Shown: positions 8,901-16,042, counted from the stretch's first letter. The stretch: DNA of 28,400 bases from an uncultured Ruminococcus sp. (GCA_902766115.1 CACXCL010000257.1:1-28400); one strand, 5' to 3'. A program made the numbers and translations. The notes: a model not told the origin generated them from the letters alone.

Positions 8901-11867
8901 GACAAGTCCGGATGACGAGTACGTCAGCTCGGGATCATTTTCTCCGTAAACCTTAGTCTTAGCGTCCGCAGTGATGGTCAATGCCTTGGGAGTGATTTTC
9001 CCTTTTCCGATGATGGTATCAGAGCCAAGCTGATAGTTTCCGGCCTTGGAGCCTGTAAGAGAGATACCTGAGAAAGTGACATCATTATCACCGACGTTAG
9101 CATTATCGAAAACAGCCTCGAATTCTGTTGTAATGCTGTCATTGTTTACTACTCCGTTAACCGTGAGTCCTGCGCCAGGAGCAGAGGTGTTTCCGTCGTA
9201 AACCTTTACGACCTCGTTCGCCACAAGGTCAACGACTTTCTTATCTACCGTCAGCGTTCCGGGAGCATACGTGATCTCGTAGTTGCCGCTGCTCAGTCCG
9301 GACGGGATGATCGAATACGTTCCGACGTTGCCGAATTGTGTGTAGCTATATGCGTATTGCAGAGTACCGGTAAGAACAGCCTCGGTCTCTCCGTTTACAA
9401 ATCCAGCGTAAGCCACTCCGTCGTTGGCCGGTGCATCCCCGTAAATGATAGTCTTATCCTTTGCGGTGATCGTGAGCGGGGCCTTGGTGATCTCTATCTC
9501 GGCGCTGCCGGTGAAGGTGGTGTAACCCGATTTCTCCACCTTGTAGTACACCGTATATGTGTCAGCATCCTTGTACGTTGGTTTGGTAGAACTGTACGGG
9601 CCATTCTCAGACGTAGAATATGTAACGGTGGCATCGGCAGGATCGGACACCACGGTAATGCTGTGAGATTGACCGTCGTACGTCCCAGAGAATCCACTTG
9701 CCGTAACTTCTATGGTATTTCCGGCTTCTCCGCCCCAGACACCGTTGACATAGGGGATCTCGGTACCGGCGGATTTGTCTGCTGTTTCGACGTACGAGCC
9801 GTCGCCGTTCTGGAGTTTTGCCGCGGTGATGGGGATAGAAACGTAGGTGGGATTAGAACCTGACACCGTGGCCTGATAGGTATTGGTGTCCGTACCGGGA
9901 GCCGCAGTCTGGATGACCTTACCGGTGCCGGCGGAGCTGACGATGGCGGCGCCGCTCTCGGTTGTATAGAGCTGACCGGCAACGGTCAGCGTGCCGTTGA
10001 CGTCAATTTTCGCGTCAACGAGATTGGTCGCCGTGCGCTTTGCCGTCGCGCCATTGACAGTGGAGTAGCCGACCACACAGAGTTGCGCCCCTGAAATAGC
10101 ATAAGCGCCCCACTGGTCTTTATCATAGACGTACGCCTTTTGACCTGACGCCACAGTGACGTTCGCGCCATCAGCAATCGTCATTTCAGCGCCGGGCAGG
10201 AACGCCACGTCCTGACTGATCGTAGTCGTGCCGGAGTTGACGTTGATCGTGATGTTGCTCTGGATGGGCAGAACGTAGTCCGCGGTATTCAAATCAAGAG
10301 TCCCGACCAAAGGCACACCTGTTATCCTTAACCGCATGGAATTGATTGAAAAATTTCCATCCACATTAAGTTCCAAACGGTCGCTCGCACCGGTGAACCT
10401 CTTGGTCACAGAACCGCTCGATATCTGAAACATGCCACCTGCGCCAACAAAAGTGGCACTGGCACCGAACTGCTGACTTGACGCGTTAACAGCAGCGAAT
10501 ACCTTCTCAGTAGCTCCGGAATATAGCTTCAACGGCGCTTCGATGTTCTGGACGTAATACTGATTCAGCGGGAAGACCTTCTCAGAATTACCCGCCATCG
10601 TGGAGATACACGTCCCGCCGCGCCAGCAGCGGACCTGAAAGCACTCCCAGACCTCAGCACCAGATCGGGCGTATACGTTACCGGAGCCCGCGACGTAACC
10701 CCATGCATAGAGTTTACCGCCGGACTGGACGTCGATGGAGCTACCGTCGTTCATCGTGATGCGGCCGTGCGGTCCGGTAGGCGTCGCGTTCCAGGATCCG
10801 CTGTTCGTGCCGACCGCAGAAAGCTGGGAACACACGCACAACGAGCCGCCGCTTGCAACAATTAGGTTTGCACCACTTGCCATGGTCAGCGTGCGGAAGG
10901 CGGAGGGGGTAACGTGCGCCGCCGGGGTACCATCGTCTTTGGTGGTCATGCCGGGCGTAGTGGTATAGACGGTCTGCGCCTCGTCAAACGGGATCAGGAG
11001 CGTTTTGTCGCTGGGGATCGTGTAGCTGCCGGCTGGAAGTGTACCATTGGAAATCAGGACTATTTTTGCAGTACCGCTCGACTGAGCGTAAGAAATCGCT
11101 TCGTTTAAATCGGTATAGAGCATGGAACCGACCTGCCAGACAGGTAAAGAGGTCTGAACAAACTCCGGTTGGACCGTGCAAGCCTCAGTGAAACTGGTTG
11201 TCAAGGAAGCTTTGGGTTCAAAATACACACCTGTCGTCATAATTTTCCAGCCAAAGAACTTGTAACCATTCGCGGCCGTGGCGGCGAGGGTAACGGAGTC
11301 CGTGGTCTTGAAGGTCTTGACCGTATCGGCCGTGATTGCCGTGCCGTCGACGGTATAGGAGCCGTTCGTCGGCGCCTTGAAGGTGATATCGACGTTCGCC
11401 TCCGCCGTCAACTTGAGGTTCGAGATTACCATTCCGGTCTCGCCTTCACCTTTGGGAGAGGTGATTGAGACAGCGACCGTTTCGCCAGTGTTCAACGTCT
11501 TGCTGAAAGACGTGCCGGCCGTAACGGACGTGCCGTCAACCGTTGCGCTACCACCGGAGAGCGTCAGAGTATAGTTAAAACTCAGCACCGCCGTAGAAAC
11601 GGAGTTATTTGTGAACGTCAATGTGCCGGTTTGTGCGGAGTAGCTAGTGCCGCCGCAGCCGCTCGAAGCGCTCGCTTTTACGCTTCCGGTGATCGTGCCA
11701 CCGCTCGGTGTCCACGTTGCTTTGCCGTTGCTTTCTGCCGTCAATCCGGTTACACCCGTATTAATAGCATCCGCCCAGGCAGGAATAGACAGAGACGGCA
11801 TAATGGCCGCAAGCATAAGTATAGTTATAAGAATAGACAAGCTGCGCTTAACCACGTTTTTAATCAT
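2910..11867 (-). CDS. Giant secreted adhesin-like protein (2985 aa): signal peptide, about 700-aa uncharacterised head, stalk of MBG and YDG repeats, one InlB B-repeat-like module, C-terminal Ig-like domain; no wall anchor
   Basis: Signal peptide ending PAWA; RBS GAGAGGA; repeated KTYGExDPxLTY...GENVG (MBG) and KVYDG...GNY (YDG) modules; WKVDG...PTK...FAGW...YTAKF module near the C-terminus; no LPXTG, TM helix or SLH at the end. Confidence 0.9.
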   Translation of the reverse strand: MIKNVVKRSLSILITILMLAAIMPSLSIPAWADAINTGVTGLTAESNGKATWTPSGGTITGSVKASASSGCGGTSYSAQTGTLTFTNNSVSTAVLSFNYTLTLSGGSATVDGTSVTAGTSFSKTLNTGETVAVSITSPKGEGETGMVISNLKLTAEANVDITFKAPTNGSYTVDGTAITADTVKTFKTTDSVTLAATAANGYKFFGWKIMTTGVYFEPKASLTTSFTEACTVQPEFVQTSLPVWQVGSMLYTDLNEAISYAQSSGTAKIVLISNGTLPAGSYTIPSDKTLLIPFDEAQTVYTTTPGMTTKDDGTPAAHVTPSAFRTLTMASGANLIVASGGSLCVCSQLSAVGTNSGSWNATPTGPHGRITMNDGSSIDVQSGGKLYAWGYVAGSGNVYARSGAEVWECFQVRCWRGGTCISTMAGNSEKVFPLNQYYVQNIEAPLKLYSGATEKVFAAVNASSQQFGASATFVGAGGMFQISSGSVTKRFTGASDRLELNVDGNFSINSMRLRITGVPLVGTLDLNTADYVLPIQSNITINVNSGTTTISQDVAFLPGAEMTIADGANVTVASGQKAYVYDKDQWGAYAISGAQLCVVGYSTVNGATAKRTATNLVDAKIDVNGTLTVAGQLYTTESGAAIVSSAGTGKVIQTAAPGTDTNTYQATVSGSNPTYVSIPITAAKLQNGDGSYVETADKSAGTEIPYVNGVWGGEAGNTIEVTASGFSGTYDGQSHSITVVSDPADATVTYSTSENGPYSSTKPTYKDADTYTVYYKVEKSGYTTFTGSAEIEITKAPLTITAKDKTIIYGDAPANDGVAYAGFVNGETEAVLTGTLQYAYSYTQFGNVGTYSIIPSGLSSGNYEITYAPGTLTVDKKVVDLVANEVVKVYDGNTSAPGAGLTVNGVVNNDSITTEFEAVFDNANVGDNDVTFSGISLTGSKAGNYQLGSDTIIGKGKITPKALTITADAKTKVYGENDPELTYSSSGLVGNDTITGELTRAEGENVGEYDIKVGSLTAGDNYTISFTGAKLTITAKEVRISGLGAANKIYDGNTDATVTGEGSLEGLIKGDTVTIKAGTASFADKNAGDGKTVSFSGYALEGEDAGNYTLIQPADVTANITPKSVNVSGLGVEDKVYDGTKDATPAGLASATIDGKIGNDEVSVGSCTAAFLDKNVGDRKEVAFSNVVLTGTDAGNYTVDQVYDGEGKITKRPVTITGLEAADKYYDGGLAATVTGDAVIDNMIDGDDVTVADGSANFETADVDADKKVNFDGYSLTGNDAGNYELTAQPASVTASIFAVDVQWTAPEAIEGLAYTGEKQALITAGSAVGGEMQYKLGADGTYSPDIPKATEVGDYVVYYKVVADSNHNGVAEASITVSIGKADPTVTAPEALDRNYDGTEKPLVKAGSAVGGTMQYSLDGENWSETVPSATDAGVYGVQYRVIGDNNHKDYGPVTLNVNIKKIDPTVVKSAKAKTGLIYNGQDQELITAGEASGGTMMYSSDGERYSTDIPVGRNAQVGFGDVGSKYVIYCKIVGDNNHEEIQLDNIEVIIAPKELHVHADNKTKAYGENDPELTYTYDGLVEGDGPFVFGKLTREPGDAVGEYRIIQSEAFYVSDNYSTIFHEGTFTITRAPATVTKAPTAKSDLVYNGSDRALVEEGVADGGTMKYSLDGTNWRDTVPTGTNAGKYTVYYKVVGDGNHSDSAVDSVEVTIAQKTLNVEVTAHDKTYDGGDTADGTVILKGIVSGDSVSATADSIKFNDKNVGTGKEVTFSGITLTDASGNYTLGDVTSATTRANITAKDVTITGLRAADKVYDGTTAATVTGTAVIDGKIGDDDVTVVPGTASFEDANVGEGKTVTFTDFSLTGDDAGNYNLTAQPASVTANITAATMDVSAKGYSGTYDGAEHSIKVTAPEGATVKYSATENGDYTATNPAYKNAGTYTVYYKVEWANHTTETGSATVAINKATLTVTAEAKSKTYGEADPALTYTVEGLVTGDSLTGALTRVAGENVGEYDITVGTLSAGDNYTVSFTGAKLTITKATLTVIAEAKSKTYGEADPALTYQVSGLVNGDTKSVVTGELTRVAGENVGTYAINQGTLSAGDNYNIAFTGADFKITAKTLKITANAQTKVFGTTDPALTYTVEGLVTGDSLEGVLTRAEGENVGEYDITIGTLTAGDNYTISYTGAKLTITKATLTVTAEAKSKTYGETDPELTYTSSGLVGNDAITGELTRVAGENVGTYAIEQGTLSAGDNYNIVFSGANLTISAKALTIKADPKTKVFGTEDPALTYTVEGLVGSDALTGSLTRESGENVGTYAIKQGTLAASANYDVSFTGAEFTITDATMEITSSGYNGTYDGLPHGITVAAPAGATVTYSTAENGTYSTDNPTYTDVDTYTVFYKVEKENYTTVTGSETVVITKARLTVTAKDKTITYGDEPANDGVAYAGFVNGETEAVLTGTLQYTYGYAQFGNVGTYSIIPSGLSSGNYDITFNAGTLTVEQKTVGLTWSETSLTYNGNAQAPVATATGLVNGDVCTVTVEGQKTDVGTYTAEAKALSNGNYKLPAETTVQFTIVNASMSGVTSSDYVGTYDGQPHGITVNAPEGATVTYSASAGGSYVDSLTYVNAGEYTVYFKVVKANYETVTGSQKVTINKREVTLTWSDTSFTYDESAKCPTVAVGNLVDGDTCTAIVSGAAANAGPHTATVTGLSNDNYVLPSDNLTQEYTIAKAAKAAPEGVAAVAETYLNQKNGSITGVNGEMDYSVDGTNYVAVTGETIENLPAGTYYVRYKETENYNASPAVEITVAEGPAIKVTWKVDGQEDLVQDYAYGDTPSYGSTPTKAAEAGRSYVFAGWDPEIGTVTGDVTYTAKFTEKTCLTIKRTGAAEQDFVYSILNSSNAVVLRVVLPAGKTEVNVVGLPAGSYTVVEEHKWSWKITSIVNPEGGAVTLAESGTAEVTFTTSGSPITAWLNAFASIVKVITATNG
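4399..4611 (-). repeat. Intragenic direct repeat, copy A (MBG domain)
   Basis: About 213 bp matching 9280-9492 with about 19 mismatches by manual count; offset 4881 bp (1627 codons). Confidence 0.9.
4830..5966 (-). repeat. Five tandem MBG-type domain repeats (about 225 bp, 75 aa each) inside the adhesin
   Basis: Units LTxTAxAKxKx[YF]GxxDPxLTY...LTRxxGENVGxY...GxNYxxx[FY]TGA. DNA at 5094-5180 is nearly identical to 5544-5630 (450-bp offset). Confidence 0.9.
6210..9240 (-). repeat. YDG-type repeats (about six) interspersed with MBG-type and other Ig-like repeats
   Basis: Recurrent [KN]K[VIYT]YDGxxxA...F.D.NVG..K.V.F....L.G.DAGNY.L modules in the translation. Confidence 0.8.
9280..9492 (-). 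repeat. Intragenic direct repeat, copy B (MBG domain)
   Basis: Matches 4399-4611; both encode ANDGVAYAGFVNGETEAVLTGTLQY...QFGNVGTYSIIPSGLSSGNY. Confidence 0.9.
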
Positions 11868-11888
11868 TTTTCGGTTCCTCTCTCTCTG

Positions 11889-12566
11889 TTATGCTTGCGC
11901 GCCGCGCTTTTTTTCGCGACGTCGTCTGATTTCAATGTAAAAGCATAGCCCCACGATGACGGAAATCGCCGCCCAGATGTGGGATCTATGTAAAATGCTG
12001 TTCGTCTCGGCGGTGCGGAAGCACTCCAGCACGGCGCGGACGACGCCGTAGGTGAACATATACAGGGGGTAAACTTCGCCGCGGGTCTTCCCTTTCCAGA
12101 CGCGCGGTACGATGATCGCAAGGAAGATCGCGTAAAATACCAGCTCCGCTTCCCGTGTGGGGAAACGCCACGGTGCGTGGCCGGGGATTATCACGCCCGT
12201 GCAGCACCCGGCGAAAATGCAGTTGACGCGGGCACAGGCGACAGCGAATATCATACAAGGGGTGAAAATATCGAAGACCTCCGTCGTTTTGCGCTTTGAA
12301 ATTTTAGCACCGAGCCACAAAGCAATCGGCATCAAGAAAACAACGCCGAACAAGCTCATTGCACCGCCAGTGAGAGGCTTTCCCTCCAGCACGGCGAACG
12401 CCTTGACAGAAAAGACACCATAAACGACTGATGCAACGCTCAGTATGAGCGCGGCGTACCACTTCATCCGGAGGCGGCGGCGCAGTAGAAACAGCCACAG
12501 AAACGTGACCGCGCCGGCAAGTCCCAGGAGAAGGTACAGCCGATTCGATTCGATAAAATTCGACAC
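11889..12566 (-). CDS. Divergent prolipoprotein diacylglyceryl transferase (Lgt)-family membrane protein
   Basis: Multi-pass; GGAMSLFG, DIFTP...ARVNCIFAGCCTG, FPTREAE and YGVVRAVLECFR map onto Lgt signature motifs with substitutions. GTG start with AAGGGA RBS. Confidence 0.75.
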   Translation of the reverse strand: MSNFIESNRLYLLLGLAGAVTFLWLFLLRRRLRMKWYAALILSVASVVYGVFSVKAFAVLEGKPLTGGAMSLFGVVFLMPIALWLGAKISKRKTTEVFDIFTPCMIFAVACARVNCIFAGCCTGVIIPGHAPWRFPTREAELVFYAIFLAIIVPRVWKGKTRGEVYPLYMFTYGVVRAVLECFRTAETNSILHRSHIWAAISVIVGLCFYIEIRRRREKKRGAQA

Positions 12567-12594
12567 AATATATTTCCCTTTTATAAGCCAAAAT

Positions 12595-12645
12595 ACAGCA
12601 CCGGCGGTCTCCGTCCTCTTTTCGGGGAGGAGACCGTCATGCTGT
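12595..12645 (-). terminator. Possible attenuating hairpin between the subunit genes and the Lgt-like/adhesin genes
   Basis: ACAGCA..GGCGGTCTCC / GGAGACCGTC..TGCTGT inverted repeat, followed on the minus strand by ATTTT. Confidence 0.45.
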
Positions 12646-12657
12646 TCGTTTGTGCGG

Positions 12658-13668
12658 TTACGGCGTCGTCCAGTTGGACGTCGCAGGATCGTACGTCGCC
12701 TCGGTCCATTTCTCCGCGGCGGCGTCGCCGGCTGCCTGGATCGCCTCGACCGTCACGGTGACGGTCACGCCTTCGGCTGCTTCGGCGGCGTTTGCATCGC
12801 TGAAGACGGGCTTTGTCGTGGTCCTGTTCGGGGCGACCGTGCCGTTATAGTAGAGGTAGTCGCCGACCTTCGTCCATCCCGCGGGGGTGGAAAGGGCGGT
12901 CACGCCTTCCTTGAGGAGCGGGCTGTCGCTCGCAACGATATTGCCCGCCTCGTCAACGTAATTCAGCACCACGGTCGCGCGGATCAGGGCGTCGATATTG
13001 CCGGTGTTGGTGACGGTGTAGTCGCCGTTGACGACAGCGCTCACCTCAACCGCCTTGAACGTTTCCGTGACGGCAGCGGAGCTTACTTTCTTCAATTCCG
13101 GATCAGTATCCGCGAAAACAGCGGACGGTGTGGAGTCACTGTTTCCGATCTCGATCAGGTGCGCGGTGACGGAAACAGAATAATCCGTCGTCAAAGGCTC
13201 CTCGGCAAGTTCGAGGGTGCCAAAGACAGGCGCCGTGACGTCAATCGTCAAAGGAGCATTCTGATAGCAGTACACCTTGACTCCGGCGGGACCGGCGACG
13301 CCGGTGAGTTCCTTCCAGTCTGCGCTCAGAGCAAGACCGGCGGGAAGATCGCCTGTGACTTCAATAAAGAGATACGCGGGGATCGCTTTTCTTCCCTCAA
13401 CCTTTACAACGGTGGTGGGGGCGACAGACGTGCCGGGGATAAGATTGAGCGTTTCCGCGCTCGTCTGGCCGGCGGCGTCCGTGTCGTATGCCAAAAGCTT
13501 ATCTGCAAGAGACGTGTCGACCATGTAGGACACGCTGCCGCTGAGGCTGACCTGGGTCGTGTACTTGGCGCTCGATCCGGAGACGGGGAACAGAATGCCA
13601 ACTACGAGGACCACAAGAAGCAGAGCGGCTGCAGCGACGCGGCTTTTCGATACTTTGATCTTTCTCAT
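12658..13668 (-). CDS. SipW-signal fibre subunit with two tandem TasA/BsaA-like domains (336 aa)
   Basis: Basic N-terminus, hydrophobic core, then SGSSA-KYTT; LIPGT motif; second domain VTNTGNIDALIRA...GWTKVGDYLYYNGTVAP...VTVEAIQA. Confidence 0.7.
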   Translation of the reverse strand: MRKIKVSKSRVAAAALLLVVLVVGILFPVSGSSAKYTTQVSLSGSVSYMVDTSLADKLLAYDTDAAGQTSAETLNLIPGTSVAPTTVVKVEGRKAIPAYLFIEVTGDLPAGLALSADWKELTGVAGPAGVKVYCYQNAPLTIDVTAPVFGTLELAEEPLTTDYSVSVTAHLIEIGNSDSTPSAVFADTDPELKKVSSAAVTETFKAVEVSAVVNGDYTVTNTGNIDALIRATVVLNYVDEAGNIVASDSPLLKEGVTALSTPAGWTKVGDYLYYNGTVAPNRTTTKPVFSDANAAEAAEGVTVTVTVEAIQAAGDAAAEKWTEATYDPATSNWTTP

Positions 13669-13681
13669 TTTTCCGCCCTCC

Positions 13682-14128
13682 TCAGTCTATCTGCGTGAAG
13701 GTCACGACGACGGTAAAGGGTACCGTGCCCGCGCCTGTCACTGATTCCGACATCTTGAGCGTGAGAGTTTTTGTTTCGTTTGCGCCTCCCGGGGCGAGTG
13801 TGCCGGTGGGCAGTGTGATCTCGCCGAATTTCGCGGCGTCGTCGGCCGAGGCGAACTTCACCTCCGCCTTATACCGCACGGCGGTCTCCCCGGGGTTCGT
13901 CACGGTGAGGGTGTACGTGCCTTCCTTTGAGGCGCCGATGGTGACGGGACCAGTCTGGGCCGACGTGGCAGACACTTTGAACGACGCGATACGTCCCGAG
14001 TCGTCTCCTCTCGATTTAGTGGTATAGCGCGCGTACATTCCCGTGGTGAAGTGCGCGGTCACCAGGACCATGCACAACAGAACGAGCGCCACGCTGAGCG
14101 TCGTGGGCATACTCTTCTTTCTCATCAT
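13682..14128 (-). CDS. Small SipW-signal fibre subunit (148 aa)
   Basis: Signal ending TTGMYA-RYTTK; YTLTVTNPGETAVRY motif; ends VTFTQID like the major subunit; RBS AGAGGAG. Confidence 0.75.
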   Translation of the reverse strand: MMRKKSMPTTLSVALVLLCMVLVTAHFTTGMYARYTTKSRGDDSGRIASFKVSATSAQTGPVTIGASKEGTYTLTVTNPGETAVRYKAEVKFASADDAAKFGEITLPTGTLAPGGANETKTLTLKMSESVTGAGTVPFTVVVTFTQID

Positions 14129-14196
14129 ATCTCACGTCTCCTCTTGTTTTTGCGTTATCCGGGATCGCGCGCCCGGCGGGTGATCGGCATTTGCCG

Positions 14197-14883
14197 TTAT
14201 TCTTCGTCTTCCGTTTTTTCTTCTTCCGGTGCGCCCGGTTTTTCTTCTGTTTCTGCGGCTTGTTCTTCCGGTTTTTCTTCGGTTTTTCCTTCTTCCAGCG
14301 CCTTCAGGCGGCGGATCTCGGCTTTGATCTCGTCAAGCTCGCTGTCGTCCTCTTTCCGCTCCCTTTTCCAGGATAGGTTGATCAGGAGGATCAGCCCCGC
14401 GATCACCAGGATGATGCCGATCGGCGATTGCAGAAAACGCACCGCGGCTCCCACGACGGGGATCTTGCCTACCATCCTGCCCTTTACGTCCTCCGCGGGG
14501 ATGGGCTCGTCTTCGGTATTGTTGGCGTCGCCCCGGGTGACGATCTTGCCGTCCTCCAGGATCCGCGTCACCCGATGGATGACACGGGACGCGCCGGACT
14601 GGTAGACCACCACGTCGCCCTCACGGACGTCCTCGCCGTTCACTGCCCTGACGAAGACAAGGTCGTTCACCGACAGGGTTGGCTCCATGCTGCCGGACAG
14701 CACCACGGAGGCGCCCCAGCCGAAGGGCATGGGCATGGCGTTGCGCACAAGGCGCCGGGCGTTGACGGAATAGGCGGTGCCGCCGATGAATACGGCGAGC
14801 ACTACGATGATCAGGATCCGGAAAAACAGGCGGCCGCCGTTTTTCTTCTTCTTTTCCTTATTATTATCCTTTTGCCGGCTCAT
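14197..14883 (-). CDS. sipW: Signal peptidase I, SipW/ER-type (S26B), copy 2
   Basis: VVLSGSMEP (Ser), VIHRV (His), TRGDANNTED; N- and C-terminal TM helices. Confidence 0.9.
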   Translation of the reverse strand: MSRQKDNNKEKKKKNGGRLFFRILIIVVLAVFIGGTAYSVNARRLVRNAMPMPFGWGASVVLSGSMEPTLSVNDLVFVRAVNGEDVREGDVVVYQSGASRVIHRVTRILEDGKIVTRGDANNTEDEPIPAEDVKGRMVGKIPVVGAAVRFLQSPIGIILVIAGLILLINLSWKRERKEDDSELDEIKAEIRRLKALEEGKTEEKPEEQAAETEEKPGAPEEEKTEDEE

Positions 14884-15838
14884 CTTTTTCTTTGTCGTCG
14901 CGCTTTATGGCGTAAATCAGCACGCCGATGGCGCAGAGGGAAACCACCGCGACGGCTCCCCAGAGATAGGTATTGGTGTTGTCGCCGGTCTGCGGGGGCT
15001 TCACGCCGCCGCCTTCCTCGCTCCACTCCGCAACGGCGCGGATGACGATGTGGAGGGTCAGGTCTTTGTCAACGGCAAGGTTGCCGAGCATGGTGTCGTA
15101 CGCGTCGTTGGAGTCGAGGCCTTCGCCGTCGAAACGCTCGAAGGGCCAGCGCCAGTCGAGGGTGTAGTCGCGGATGTTGCCGGCGGAGAGGTAGTCGGTC
15201 TCCTCGTAGCCGTCCAGATCAAGCACGTCGGGCCACTCGGTATCGGAGCCGATGACGTAGCCTTTTTCTGCGGTCTTGAGGCGGCCCTCGATGGGGATCC
15301 ACAGGCCGTCGGTGTTCTCGTAGTACGCATCAACCGTGAGCTTATACTTCAGGTTGTGGCTGCCGGTGTTCTTCAGGGTGAAGTTATACGCCTGCTCCGT
15401 GCCGGGGGCGAAGACGTTGTCGCCCTTTTCGGAGTTGACCGAGAAGACGGGATATCCCGCCTCGCTGTCGTAATGGACGCTGAATATGTCGATATCGGTC
15501 TCGGTGGTCCAGATCTGGTCCTTGTCCTCGACTCTGAAGCCGGTGACGTTGCCCTCAGGGTCGTCGATGATCGTGTCGGAGTCGGTCTTTGAGCCGGGAT
15601 CGGAAGCGGGAGCCTTGCCGTCGGTCTTTTCGTCGCCGGCGGCGTTCAGCATGAGCTTCGTCTTGTCCCCGCTCTCGGTAAGGGAGATATAGTTGCGCTG
15701 TTCCACGGGGGAGAAGGCAGCGATCTTGCTGACGACCACCGATACCGAGCACAGCTCAAGCAGTATCAGCAGGATCAGCGCGACGATGATCCCGGAATTG
15801 ATTCGCCTTCCCCTGCGGCGGGTCTTTGATTCTCTCAT
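14864..15838 (-). CDS. Sortase-anchored protein (PPQTG) carrying a domain homologous to the major SipW subunit
   Basis: Start set at ATG 15838 (GGAGG upstream). N-terminal hydrophobic helix; FSVNSEKGDNVFAPGT, NFTLKNTGS, WRWPFE...DAYDTMLGNLA; ends PPQTGD, TM helix, KR tail. Confidence 0.8.
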   Translation of the reverse strand: MRESKTRRRGRRINSGIIVALILLILLELCSVSVVVSKIAAFSPVEQRNYISLTESGDKTKLMLNAAGDEKTDGKAPASDPGSKTDSDTIIDDPEGNVTGFRVEDKDQIWTTETDIDIFSVHYDSEAGYPVFSVNSEKGDNVFAPGTEQAYNFTLKNTGSHNLKYKLTVDAYYENTDGLWIPIEGRLKTAEKGYVIGSDTEWPDVLDLDGYEETDYLSAGNIRDYTLDWRWPFERFDGEGLDSNDAYDTMLGNLAVDKDLTLHIVIRAVAEWSEEGGGVKPPQTGDNTNTYLWGAVAVVSLCAIGVLIYAIKRDDKEKDEPAKG

Positions 15839-15952
15839 TTGAGCTCCTCCAATCTGTATACACACGCGGCATACGCCGTGAATAATTCCTGCTTTTGCGC
15901 TTACGACCGCCTGCGCGCGTGCGCGGGCGCTTGTAGGAACAAAAGCCGCGGT

Positions 15953-15987
15953 TCCGTCCCCGCCCCGCCACGAAGGGCGGGGACGGA
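15953..15987 (-). terminator. 13-bp GC stem-loop after the major subunit gene (partial terminator or mRNA stabiliser)
   Basis: TCCGTCCCCGCCC-cgccacgaa-GGGCGGGGACGGA; the U-run on the minus strand is displaced about 9 nt from the stem. Confidence 0.7.
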
Positions 15988-16042
15988 CCGGTTTAGCTTA
16001 TGTTTCAGTTACGACTGTGATTTAAGTTAAATCAGGCTTAAA

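Noticed and set aside
4399-9492. Repeat pair as a diversity-generating retroelement template/variable region
   Set aside because: Mismatches are mixed substitutions in both directions rather than adenine-specific, both copies are in-frame coding, and no reverse transcriptase is present in the window.
12445-15592. Plus-strand ORFs 12445-13698, 14428-15045 and 14777-15592
   Set aside because: They lie antisense to well-supported minus-strand genes and have no recognisable domains.
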